64,000 bases of DNA, taken from assembly GCA_010909165.1 (NCBI GenBank), contig VJWM01000103.1, positions 930,001 through 994,000 of the forward strand, given 5' to 3'. Each line of letters begins with the position of its first letter. Position 1 is the stretch's first letter. This document shows, one piece after another, positions 1 through 12,238 of this stretch. This DNA is from Anthoceros angustus (Eukaryota; Plantae; Anthocerotophyta). The translations under genes were made by a program, and so were the position numbers. The notes below the pieces were generated by a model. The model saw only the letters and a program-made list of their open reading frames with translations. It did no database searches and was not told where the DNA came from.

Positions 1-125
1 ACTTCGAGCCAAAGAAATACACTAGGTTCGATCTAGGTCAAGGCCATTCAATTGAATGCGAATGAACTCTCCTGTGAAAGAAGCACCACTTATTCGACAT
101 CCGTTCTAGCTCCGCTCATTAGCAG

Positions 126-2828
126 ATCTTACTATGCAGCCAACTTGGTGAAATGCGGGAGACCAGCTCTGGGAGCCTTAGTGAGCTCAAATCACAGTTA
201 ACACTAGAGCTTGCGCATGTTAAGGAGAAGGTTCGCCTATTCTCCCACTAAAGCATAACGTTCAAACAATAAGACACACAAAGTATTGGAGGCGTTTTGG
301 TCATTAGGTGTCTCACCTGTTAAGTGTTTCACACTGTTTGCTTGTTTCTGGACCCTGAAGAGTTCCAGGTTTGCATTTCATGAACTTCAAACCAAATTGG
401 TTGCAGGCAATGGTTGACGCTAATGAGTTGAAGGAAAGGATGGAAAGGGAGCGAGATAGGCTGGAAGCGAAGCTGCGGCAACAATGCGAGTGCCAACAGG
501 ACAGAGCAGCAGAGCTAGAAAAACAGGTCTAGTATGTCCCATTTGAAATTCTACCATCATCCTGCTCTCATGGAATTCATCTGAAGTCCACTCTGGCCTT
601 CTCTGAAACCATGGTCCTTCATACAGAATAGGTCAATACTGGATAGCAAACACACTTTGGAGACAAGATACACGGAGCTGAGAACAAAGTTTGACATTGT
701 GGATAGAGATCTTGAGGAGAGGCAACAGGTACATTTTCATGATTTTTTTTTGGTGGAGAGTTAGAGAACCATGTTGAACCTGCCGTTTGCTTCCTACAGT
801 TATCAATAAGGGGCGGTTCATGTGCCTGGGTGCAGGAATGTGCTCAATTACGGTCAGAGAATAGAACTTTGGCCAGTGAGAAGAGTGAAGCTGACAAGAT
901 GCTAAACAGGCATTTGCTACGGCTAACTGCACTGGAGCAAGAAGTAGGTTGCAGGTCCTCTAAGCATGGTTATGGAGTCACTAAAGAGTACCATGCAAAT
1001 TTTCATGCCATGGTGCAGAATCAGGAGTATTTGATGGCACCTCTTAATGTTTCACTCTCTGCAGATCCAAGAGAAAAACCAAAAAATTTGCTGCTTGACA
1101 ACGCAGCTTGAGGCTCAAGCAGCCCAACGGTACACTTTCCTTTCGACCTGCAGCCTTCAGCCCAAATTTCATGCTGCGTTATTTGAAGTTGCTCTTCTCA
1201 TATCTATGCCCGTTTAACTTTCAGGGAAGAGGTTGAAGGATCGCTGAAGGAGTGGAACTGTGCAGCTGATCGAGCTGAGCAAAGAGCACTAGCTAGTGCT
1301 GCTGAGGTTGAAAGATGCCAACAGTGTATTGACAAGCTTAAGGTGAGCTGGGAGTGTCAATCAGACAGGGAATGCTATGCACTTTGTCACAGTGGGCATC
1401 AACACTGAGAAAGCCCTACGATTTTTGCCTTTGCGCAGGCTGATCTTCGTGCAGCGAAGTCAAAAGTTAAACTTCAGGGGCAGATGGCAAGCCAGCAAGA
1501 CTGCCTACTGAGTGAACGTCAGGCGTCTATGGACAAGAGTGCCGTGGAAATAGCCAGCTTGCGGCAGGAGATATCCCAGCTTAAGTCGGAGCTTAATAAT
1601 GCAAAGGAGAAGGTGAGTATCTTCGGCACATTGTGGCTGAGCTCCAGTAGGCTCCAGGGACTGAATACCCTGCTTCGTATGTAAGGATTAAACACAGCAT
1701 GTGAATTTGTCATTTGCAGGGAGATGAGGCACTAGAGAAGTACGATGAGGCACAGGAGGCAATGAAGTCCAACCAGCAGATGATACAGTATGTTCCCACT
1801 TATTTTGTTATCTTACTGATGAGATATTCTTAATTGCAAACGTTACACCCTGTGATATTCGTCATTTGCGCAGGTGGTTAAATCAGCAACTCACAGACCT
1901 TCAGCTAGGAAAACCGGGATCTGGTGGCACTTGCTCATCGCGATACTTGTACCGGCCAACCACATCATACTCTACAGCAAGAGGTCCTGGAACGTGCCTC
2001 TCATCAGCAGGCACATTGGGTGGGTCGCCATCACCTGTTATTGGGTACAAGAGCCTGTTTCCTGGTACAGCTTCCTACATGTCATCAGTGAATATGAAGA
2101 CTGCTGGTGTTGGACTGAGCCCAGGCCTTTCTTCCACTCTCTCGGCTGTGAACTCAAAGCTTCCCTGTGCTGCCGCAAGGGCAAGGGGTTCAGCAATGCC
2201 TTCCGGGTCGGGGATAACCAAAGTGCAGTATAAGCCATATACAGCTGGAGCTTGCCCTAAGACTGGGTCCATACCAGTCTTAGGATCCACAGGAACAGCT
2301 GCTGCTACAACAAACTCCCTTACGAGCTCAACTTATTGCTTTTGGCCAAATGGATCAAGTTCCTGGTTTTCAAGACAGCAGCAGGATGCAGGTTTGTCAT
2401 CCAGCTTGGCTCATGGCCAAACATCACCATCACGGTGCCAAGCAGCATCATTAGCAGATGCTGCCATGAGTACAGAGGGATACAAAACCTCGCCTCCTCG
2501 CTGCCATGCTTCTTCAGTCACTGCTTCCAGAGTATCCCCTCCTAGGTGTCCAGCATCTGGTGGTTTAAGATCATCACCAACTTGCCGAGGTCGAGCATTT
2601 GAGGACTTCAAATCTCCACCACGGTGTCAGGCATCAGGGGGATACAAGTCATCCATAGCTGACACTCGGTTGTCGGGAGGTTACAAATCAGGTGTTTTTG
2701 CTTCAGGTAGTGGGAAAAGCGGGGTCACAACTTGCAGCAGAGCCGGATGTGCAGATGGTGAGTGCAATACCTATCAGTGTTATGGCTCGTCAAACTCAGC
2801 AGATCGAAAACTCCTGCTGTCCTGCTGA
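126..2828 (+). CDS. SAS6: Spindle assembly abnormal protein 6 (SAS-6/BLD12)-like: coiled coil and C-terminal tail; 5' end (head domain) lies upstream of the window
   Basis: GT-AG exons splice in frame: 126-230, 407-526, 627-728, 836-943, 1065-1129, 1225-1342, 1439-1612, 1720-1787, 1874-2828 (TGA). Long coiled coil (LRSENRTLASEK...LTALEQEIQEK...IDKLKADLRAAKSKVKLQ) ending in KSNQQMIQWLNQQL, which matches the conserved end of the SAS-6 coiled coil as I recall it (NEKLITWLNKEL in animals). Confidence 0.75.
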
Positions 2829-3409
2829 GACTATTTTTGTAAATCTTGCTTCCATGCGATGTCAGAAGACCAATCTAACCATATGTTCGGCTGGAATTAT
2901 TTGCAGTTGATGTGATACCGGAAGGCTGGTTGCACCCTGCACAAGGTTAATGCGGGAACAATTGCTAGGTGTTGTTCATGGAGTGGGGTTGGTGTATTAC
3001 TAGTGGTTTCTGTAGGGAAGGAGGTATTGGGTGAACGGAAGATGAGTTGAGAGGGCAGCTCAGTATTTCGTTCGTTGGTGATCACTTTGCTGTGTTCCAC
3101 ATTTTCTGTAAAATAAAGGTTCTTCGTCCATGTGGCTGGGCATAGCAGCATCTGTTATGTCTCTTAGCCATGCTCTCTGGATGTTGCCTTACGCTCTACC
3201 TTGTTTGTAGCTGGTGGGGTGGACGTGGTTGTTAATTCTTTCTATTGAAGATACAAGATTTGGACCTCTAGGGATCCATTGAGATAGGACAAATTTGGCG
3301 TTTCCGGCTAACCCTCTAGGTTGTTAGACCGGTCGCGGAAGGTTAGGCACGCTGTTAACAAGTACGCTTCACCAGAGGCGGCGAGTTGCGTCCCACTGCC
3401 AGTGTCCTT

Positions 3410-5259
3410 TCAGGGAGAATGGACTTTCCATGTACTGCGAGGACTTGAGTAGGCTTGCAACTCTGAGTCAAGTGCAACAAGACTCTTCAGTTCCGAGTAA
3501 CTGTCGTTTTCATCCTCCACTTCAAAATCTTCGCCGTTCTTGTGCTGGATGACCCCGTAGCGCACTCTGTCCCTATCCTTGGGGTAAGTCCAGTACAGAA
3601 AGGTGTACATGATGCAGCACAACCCATAGCCAAGGAAGAAACATGTGAAGAGAGCTTTCCCAAGAGCTACAGCGTTGCTCCGATCTTGCAAAACGCCTCC
3701 CACGTTCCCTTTGGGCGAGGATTCGTATCCGAACGCCCTTTCAGCCAGCAGACCCACAAGCTGTGTAGCAAAAGATGCAAATAAAGACTCGAAAAACCTG
3801 TCCAGAGCGTACACAGTGGTTCTCCCGCTCTCCTCCACAACCTCTGAACAAATGGGACTGTCAAAGGCAACACCCAGTTGAAGCTCAGCCCTGCTCTAAG
3901 CACAAAACACAGCACAGGTCACAAATTTGCACAAGTGATGGACACTCACCCGTTCGTAGAAGGAGCCATGCCTGATACAAGAAGGCCCATAAGGACCAGC
4001 CAACCTCCGTGCTCCAGTGCAGTGGATGGATCTCGGGGCAACATGAGGAATAGAATTGCTGCCAACGGCACTGCTAAGGCAGACTTGACTTGGGCCAGGA
4101 AAATCCTTCCTGAGTCTGGGAAATGCTTGGCCAGGAAGTCCGCTATCTGCCCTCCCACCAGAGCTCCGATAGCACGTGCAAAGGAGTCGACTGTGAGAAT
4201 AATGGCTGTGACGCGATGAGAGAATCCCACGAGCTCTAACCACATAGGGCAGAACGCCATGGCAGCACCTGGAGTGGTTCCAGGAACCCCTTGTGCCACA
4301 ATCACCTGGAAGCTCCGTGTTTGCACGATCTTCCTTGCTGTCAAACCAAATGCTTTCAGCTGCAGCCACACCTGACCCTTCTTCCCATCAGCTACCCTGC
4401 AGAACGGCACACCAGAATGTGAGGCAGCTGTAGCTGCATCCAACTTCACACTAGCAGCCTTGAAGGAGCTTTTTCCTCACCTTTTGGCTGCCGGGCGAGG
4501 GTCGATGACAAACATGTACACCATCAAGGCGACAGCAGCACTGACGAGTGCCACCAGGAAGAAGGCTATCCGCCAGCCCTGAACTCCGAGCACCGTAGTG
4601 CCAGCAAGCAGAACTGCCAGAGAACCGCCAGACATGACCCCAGCCGTGTACGCCACATAGGTCCAGCTGAACGCAGACCCTCGATTGCTCACTTCAGTCA
4701 GGTCCGCCACGGTGGAGAGTATGGCAGGGAAGGCCAATGCCAGGCCCACTCCACACACGGACCTCGTGAGCGCAAGCTGTTTGTTGCAACATGACATCAA
4801 AACGATCAGTCACATCCCCACAACCTCAACCCGATAAGCAAGAACTACAACAACAACATCAAGCACGCCGCAAACCTGAAGATACGTCTGTGAACAACCA
4901 GCAGCAAGAGTAGAGGCTGCCCAGATTAGCACACCTGCAGCAATGGTGTTGGGCCGATTATAGTGCATAGCCACATAGGCGCTGGCAGGATAGCATAGCG
5001 TCTCCACCAGCCTCCTCACCGTCGTGAGCGTGCCCAGGGCGGTGGGCGACACCCCGAGCTGTATGCCCACCTCCCTGTACACCGCGGGCAGCAGCACGCT
5101 GTCTGCCCCATCCAGCACAACTGCAACGTTCACCAGAATCAGAGTCAGCAGCCCCGACTTGGACATCTCCATTACCCCGCTCCTTGCTTCCAGCTCCCTC
5201 AACGCATTCCGCCTGCTCCTTCTCGCAGCCGAGGCCCCCTGCTGTCTGCCTCCAAGCAT
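3410..5259 (-). CDS. Major facilitator superfamily transporter (plant spinster-like/UNE2-type), paralog A
   Basis: Exons 5259 (or 5172/5166)-4876, 4776-4481, 4396-3950, 3857-3410, all GT-AG and in frame. Family motifs: LILVNVAVVLDGADSVLLPAVYREVG, GWRIAFFLVA, SFQVIVAQGVPG, PICSEVVEESGRTTVYALDRFFES, LYWTYPKDRDR. Confidence 0.9.
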
Positions 5260-5577
5260 GTGTCCAACAAAGATGCACGTTGGGAATGTTTGTCATGAAT
5301 TTCCCACTCGCCCAAAAATTTGTGGCACGTCTTGAGATCTCGCGCTTAGGCAGGTACCTAGTACGAATTGTGGAAGGGCGGTGACAGGACCGCAAAGTAA
5401 AAAGTGAAAAATCATCCTTGATCAAGGACACCGTTATCTCTTGCGGCTCAACGAGTTGTTGTTGCACCTCAAAATCTAGCTAACCTCGTTGAAGGGAAGT
5501 TTGGCGTCTAGGTTAGAGGAAGTTGATCGAATGAAGATGTAGACAACTTCTTTCACCAACGGAAGGGCCTACTCTTG

Positions 5578-7368
5578 TCAGGCTCGTGATCTCACATGGC
5601 CGAGCATGTGAGTCGTCTCGAGCACAGCCTCTGGAGCGTGGGTGTCATCGACGTTGAGCTCCTCCTCTACATCATCGTCTTGCTGGCAGACATGCTTGTA
5701 CTCTGCCTGGGTTAGTGCAGAGGAATGCGGTTCCTCCACATCAGTCTCTGCCAATTCGACTTGCAGCTCCACTTGGGAGACCTCCCAGCGTATCCTGTCG
5801 CGGTCTCTGGGGTAGGTCCAGTACAGCAGGGAGTAGATGAGAGCACAGACGGTGTAGGGAAGTCCGAAGCAGGAGTAGAGAGCTTTGGCAAGAGAGTCGG
5901 CATTGTGGGGGTCGGCTTCCTTGGCTGCGCCCATCCGGTAGCCGAAAACTTTGGAAGCCAGCAAGCCCACTGCCGGTGTTGCGAAGGCAGCCAGCAGCGA
6001 TCCAAAGAAATGGTCCAAGGCGTACACAGTAACTCCGGACTCGGAGTGGACGATCTCCGCGTATATTGGGCTGTACAGCACAGGGCCAAGAGTTGCGTGA
6101 GCGTTGTCAAGATTGGGCAGATGTCATGCTGATGATGGGCAAACAAAGTGAAGAGTGATGGAGAATTGGGTCACACACCTGTTTGTGGCAGAGTCCAGGG
6201 AGGAGGTGATGAAGCCTAGAATGCAGAGGGTGACCCCGTATTGCCACATGGCGGAGGGGTCAGGTTGGAGCCCCAGCAACAAGACTGTTGACACGAAGAC
6301 AGCCGAGACCGTGCACAGCTGCGCCGTGAGGATTCTTCCAGCGTTAGGGAGGAGAAGCGCAATGGAGTCCGCAGCCAGGCCAATCAAAACAGTTCCCACT
6401 GCACGAGACGAGGTGAAGAGAGTCTGGAGATAGGTTGTCTGGCCGTGGGAGAAGCCCATGAGCTCGAGCCACATGGGAAAGAAAGCAGCAGCAGAGAGGG
6501 GGAAGCTCCCTGACATGCCCAGACTCGCGAGCACCTGGAAACTGGGAATATTAACCACCTTTCGGGCATCAGCCAGAAATTCTGCGAGCTGTGCCCTGAA
6601 GGGCCGTGCCGGGTCGTTGATGACTTTGCTTGCCCTGCAGGAGAAGGAGGAGTGGTGACGGCGGGTTGAGGCATAGCTGAAACTCCTTCACAAGGGCAAG
6701 GGCGGAAGCTGGAGTACCCACAGAGAGAAGTCGGTGGAAGGCGAGACACAGAGGGAAAAAGCGGCCGACAGATCTGCTCTTCTAGTATCCACAAGAAAGG
6801 CATACACCAGGAGCGCTATGAGCTCGCTCATGAGCGCGACGCAGAGGAAGACGAGCCGCCAGCCCTGGAGCCCCAGAGCGGTGCTTCCTGCGAACATAAT
6901 GGCCAACACCCCGCCCAGGATGCGGCCCAGCGTGCCGGTCACGTGCAGCAGGCCGAATCCCAGCCCCCGGTGGGTGGCGTCCGTGGAGTCGGCCACCATC
7001 GACAGGACGGCGGGAGCAACCAGCGCGATGCCTATTCCGCTCATGGCCCGGGTGAAGGCCACCTGAGCGAAGCTCTGGGCCGCTCCCACCCCGGCAGTGG
7101 ACACGGCCCACACCGTCATCCCCAGGGCAATCACGGTGGCCCGGTTGTAGGAGGTTGCCAGCACCGCGCTCAGAGGGTAGCACAGACTCTGCACAATGCT
7201 CCTGGCCAGGGTGAGCGACCCCAGTCCCGCTGGCGAGATGAGCATTTCCTTGCCGATCTCCTGGTACACGGCGGGCAGCAACGCCACATCCGCGCCCTCC
7301 ATGATGTACGCCAGGTTCAGCAGCACCAGGTTCACTTGCTTCTGCTTCTTCCAACCTCGCCGCCCCAT
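5578..7368 (-). CDS. Major facilitator superfamily transporter (same family), paralog B
   Basis: Exons 7368-~6722 (donor position uncertain), 6634-6179, 6070-5578. Motifs: LVLLNLAYIMEGADVALLPAVYQEIG, GWRLVFLCVA, IPSFQV, SPIYAEIV...VYALDHFF, LYWTYPRDRDR. Confidence 0.88.
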
Positions 7369-7604
7369 AACCTGGAATGGCAGGCGACGCCACCGCCCCG
7401 CCCCAACGCTTCCACTGCACCGGTACCGGCACTCGGCACTCGGCACTCACAATCGCGCAGGCCTCCAAGTTGCTCTCAACTTTTGATTCCTATGGGCTCT
7501 CACCCCGCTCCTTCCAATTTGTCGCCGTCGCTCCACATGCCAAGCGCGCGCACACATTTCCAGACATCCTCCCAACTCAGATCCGAATGCTGAAGGTTGC
7601 ATAT

Positions 7605-7720
7605 CTTCGCCGTCCTTTCGCCGTCCCTTCGCCGTCCCTTCGCCGGCCCGTCGCCGTCCCTTCGCCGTCCCTTCGCCGTCCCTTCGCCGTCCCTTCGCCG
7701 TCCCTTCGCCGTCCCTTCGC
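7605..7720. repeat. 11-bp minisatellite (CCCTTCGCCGT) x ~10.5
   Basis: Directly visible head-to-tail repeats with a few substitutions. Confidence 0.95.
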
Positions 7721-8149
7721 TCACTGCCTGACTTATTGCATACATCCCATGGGAATCCGGACGAGAACGTGGGCTTCGGGCTTCGCAATAGAGAGAAGCC
7801 TTTCCCCGCCAAAGTGCCAGGGTTCCGTAGTATAAATGAATGTACAGTACACACCACACGATCAAGGCCCCAAGCTCCAAGGACAACTTCCCATGGGAAG
7901 CTCTTGTACATACAATAAGCGCAAAGCACGTGCCTTTCAAAAGAAGGCTTCAAGTTTTAACCCTACACGACCTACAAACCTGGTATGTACATACAAGTGT
8001 AGGGACCTACCCATATTTACCCAGAAGTGTGTACATACATATGTAGCTACATACCTTTACATATCTGTACAGCCCCAAGTTTGCGGAAGCCCGTTTTGGG
8101 GAACCGTGGTGGTACATAGTCAATTACGAAACGCCCTTTAACAGTGTTA

Positions 8150-10550
8150 TCAGCCTTTAACATCATCGGCAATCGCCAACAAGCTACAGATATCCGGGCT
8201 CGGGTAATGTTGGAGAAGCTTGAGATTCGAAGTGAAGTCCCCGGCTAACAACCTATCCCTCACAGAGATCAGCATCGCACAGCACACCCGTAGTAAAATT
8301 TCCTGCAACATGACCCACATCCATCAGCTCCATTTCAGAGACAACGCTAACTAGGTTCCCCAACAGCGTGACAATGTTGAGCAGCTTGCATTAAGACCGA
8401 GTCCTTACCATAGGTCCGTCAGGGTTGCTCAATAGCGAGTCCCACAGGCGCAACGAGTCCGGAAAACTAAATTCCTGTGTCAGTAAGAGCGTGATCCACC
8501 TGAAAGCATAGAATTGTGGATTGACCTGACGAAATGGGAGCCCGTCAGTAACGCCGGCGGCAGGGATTCAAGTAACCATGGGCACGCCTGAGAGCAACTG
8601 AGTAACCCTTCTCAGCCACGTACCTTCGTTGTCACTTCCAGATGACGCCAGAGCTCTTCGTCATGCCGTCTGAGCAGGGACGTTAACTGAGCAATGGTAG
8701 ATCGGATGCCCACAGCACTATTATCCAGCTGCTGACAGAAATGATCTCGAAAGTCACTCAACAACTCTACAAAGCAGAAGAACGCATCCGCCTCCGCATG
8801 AGCCTGGATAACAACAACAGCAGGAATTGAACTCAACCAACCGGCTCTGTGCTTCACTGAACGAAACCAAAACGCCGAGGACACCAGCACCTAGAACCTG
8901 ACAGTAGAGATAGGCGAAAGATTGCATGCCATCAAATTGCCTTACAGCATTGGTCCCATCTGGATCTGTCCTGAACACGTAGAACAAAGGTGCCAGCACT
9001 TCATTCATGCCTTGCACATAGCGTATTCCAGGGTTCAGCTTCGCAAAGATAAAAAGTGTTCGCTTCAGGCATTCCTGTGGAAATTTGCCGATAGCAAGAA
9101 TTACGGTGTAGCGCAGAGAAACAAGACATGCACGACCTCCACTAACCACACAGACTACTTACACTGTAGACAGCCATGACGGCCATGTGCAACTTTGCAC
9201 ATTGGGCGAATGCAAGACATGACAGTCATTCATGAACTGACAAACCTGGTTTTCCAGGGCAGCTGGAGAATCTCCGCAAAAAAAATGCATATCAGGGTGT
9301 GTACGCTTCACATCCCGGTCTATCTGTTCAGACAGCTCTGTATCCTGCCAGGAAAAAGCGTTTGACGTAAATAGATAGAACACTTTCCATTCAATACCCT
9401 GCCCAACCTGTTGAACATGACTGACCTGGAAATATCGATGCCACACACTAGTTTGTCCAAGGCTCAATGGGTGGTCATCATGGGTTATGTCTTGTCGTTG
9501 CAGAGACCCCTTGACATCCTCGTCACCTGAGGCTGCCTCCAATTCGGCCTTCCTCCTGGTCAGCTCTGACTGCAAATCACATGCGAGGCAGAGTACGTGA
9601 GCCTTGCCTCTGAGAACAGGTTCTTTCAGCATACAATTCCCAACTTGACAACTCCTCAAATCAATAGACCACCGACGGAACTCGACACTTACAGGATTTA
9701 CAAGCAGCTCTTCTCTGAAGACCGCATATTCTGCTCGCTTTTTTGCAAGCTCGGATTTCCACTCATCACGAGACTTGGGCAAGTATCCGAGAAGCACCTA
9801 AGGCAGATACATCATCAGATCGTACAACAACCCAGAACTACACGTTCACAAACGAGAGGCTCATAACCATCTCCAAAGCCTTCTGCGTGCGAAGAAACTG
9901 CTGCACTACCGCCAAGATTCAAGTCACAAAGAAGCTCACCTTCCATGTTGTAGCCCTGATGTCTCCGACATCGGGGATGCCTTGAGCAGCCAGACGCTGC
10001 AGCTCACCTAATTGTATCCGCTTCTTCGAAAGCTGCTCAGCAAAGTGACAACCACGGAGAGTTCCATGAGCAGCACAACCACGTCCGACATGCGTACCTG
10101 GAAGAGACAAGTGCCTACCTCAGCAGCAAACAGACCAACCCGGGCATCGAACGAGCTGGTTCTCTGAGGAGCCTCCGTGTCAGGCAAGGACGGCGCACTG
10201 GAAGCGTTGGAGTCCGCACCCGCTGACGGCGCAGTCGCGGTCGACACAGCGCCAAGTTTTTTCCCTTCACTGACATTTTCCACCTTGTACACCTCCTTCT
10301 CAAAATCAGTCCCAAAATCGTCGCTAATCACCTTCGGCTTGTAGGCCTTCTTCACTCCGCTGTCCCAGAGCGAAACGTCCGACTTCCCCTTCCCTTCCCC
10401 CTCCCACTGGGACTTCGATCTGGCCCTGTCCTTACTCGCATTCTCCGGGTTGTACCTGCTCCTGGCAGCGGAAGCGGGCTTGGAGGCCCAGGCTGAGCTG
10501 TTGAGCCAATCCGGCACAGGCTTAGCATTTCCAGATCGTGCGGCCATCAT
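8150..10550 (-). CDS. TBC-domain Rab GTPase-activating protein (TBC1D13-like, Gyp1 superfamily)
   Basis: Nine in-frame GT-AG exons: 10550-10119, 10032-9940, 9797-9693, 9569-9426, 9344-9246, 9074-8946, 8803-8624, 8525-8409, 8302-8150 (TGA). Arginine finger IDRDVKRT and glutamine finger YVQGMNE intact. Also DHPLS, EADAFFCF, FYAFRWITLLLTQEF, LRLWD. Confidence 0.93.
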
Positions 10551-11329
10551 CTTCGGCCGATACCGGCACTCCAACCTCAATCTCTAACCAAACATCCCTC
10601 GCAATTGCACGCCAAAAGCGCCGCCATTTTTCTCCTATCCCTGCCTCCCACCATCCTAGATCCGATGCACCAGCTTCCAGCCGCCCCACCTTCTCGTCCC
10701 AGCCCTAGCAAACCCTGGCTCTCCCTCTCCCGCATCCCAGCCCGCCTCAAGCCGTGCAAACACGGCGCGCACTCCAACTGCTCCAAATTGCGAGAGACCG
10801 AAGCGAGCCCGAGTCCGACGGCGGCTGCGTCCGCGCGATGGCGCTGGAAGGCCAGAAAATTTGGAGCGCGGCTATGGCTGCGTGGCAGGCGGCGGAGGGG
10901 GGCTGGTACGATCCAGGATCCGCCTTCGTGCTGCTTGTCTGCTTCGCTGTTCCCGCGCAAGCCGCGGGGGGAGCTGGAGGCTGTTTCTCGTTCTTGGCTC
11001 CAGAGGTTGCTGGGATTGTGGGATTGTGGACGCATGCGCGGATTTACCTACGACTCACCTCGTACCCTGCGCCTTGCCACCTGGACACACTCACGCCCGC
11101 CAAATATGCTCGCCCGCCCTTCTTTATTAGGTAGCAGGGGCCCATCACGCGGTAAAATGTTACGAATTTGCTACGCAACGGGTACGCGTAGGCAAACCGC
11201 GGTCCTATGGGCGCGGAGATGGGCCACCATTTGCGCCTCGCCCCCTGTCCACACTTCCTGCCATTTCAATGCCCCCACTTCACTGCCGTGATATCTCGTG
11301 GCTTTGCAAGTGCCCGCAAGCGCGTAGGG

Positions 11330-11665
11330 CTGCCGGCTAAAAGGTACCCACAGGTTTTGCCACAATCGGGTTGCATAGCCTGAGATCGTAGAGAGATACC
11401 TAGTTTCTATAAGCGTATCCAAGGGAGGGTTCAAAGTGTAGGGTCTTCCAATGGGTTACACTACAACTCCCCTGCGGGGTGGTGGGAATTTGTAATGTCT
11501 ATGAGCTGATTCGCTCCCCTCAGCGGGCTGCCCTCTGGAGATGGATCAAAGTCAAGCTTAATCCTGCTATCCCCTGGTTTTTGGCAGGGGATTACAATTT
11601 TGTGAAAAGCGACACGATGTAAAAGGGGTTCCCATCGACCCCTTGTGCCGATGCTGAATCCTGGG
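11330..11665 (+). mobile_element. L1-type LINE endonuclease (APE) remnant, N-terminal part
   Basis: Degenerate ICNVY and IPWFLAGDYNFV (GDFN-type) motifs; continues in the downstream copies. Confidence 0.6.
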
Positions 11666-12238
11666 CGGGGATGCCTTGAGCAGCCAGACGCTGCAGCTCA
11701 CCTAATTGTATCCGCTTCTTCGAAAGCTGCTCAGCAAAGTGACAACCACGGAGAGTTCCATGAGCAGCACAACCACGTCCGACATGCGTACCTGGAAGAG
11801 ACAAGTGCCTACCTCAGCAGCAAACAGACCAACCCGGGCATCGAACGAGCTGGTTCTCTGAGGAGCCTCCGTGTCAGGCAAGGACGGCGCACTGGAAGCG
11901 TTGGAGTCCGCACCCGCTGACGGCGCAGTCGCGGTCGACACAGCGCCAAGTTTTTCCCTTCACTGACATTTTCCACCTTGTACACCTCCTTCTCAAAATC
12001 AGTCCCAAAATCGTCGCTAATCACCTTCGGCTTGTAGGCCTTCACTCCGCTGTCCCAGAGCGAAACGTCCGACTTCCTTCCCTTCCCCCTCCCACTGGGA
12101 CTTCGATCTGGCCCTGTCCTTACTCGCATTCTCCGGGTTGTACCTGCTCCTGGCAGCGGAAGCGGGCTTGGAGGCCCAGGCTGAGCTGTTGAGCCAATCC
12201 GGCACAGGCTTAGCATTTCCAGATCGTGCGGCCATCAT
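11666..12238 (-). pseudogene. Truncated, frameshifted copy of TBC Rab-GAP exons 1-2 (possibly an assembly artefact)
   Basis: MMAARSGNAKPVPDW... and LSKKRIQLGELQRLAAQGIP are duplicated with frameshifts; the TBC core is missing. Confidence 0.6.

Noticed and set aside
4451-4480. Premature TGA in MFS paralog A (pseudogene or 30-nt intron)
   Set aside because: The TGA lies in the GTGAGG donor of an ordinary 84-bp intron (4480-4397) that restores the frame.
7605-7720. Long overlapping ORFs across the 11-bp repeat, or a CRISPR
   Set aside because: No spacers; the stop-free frames result from the repeat composition.
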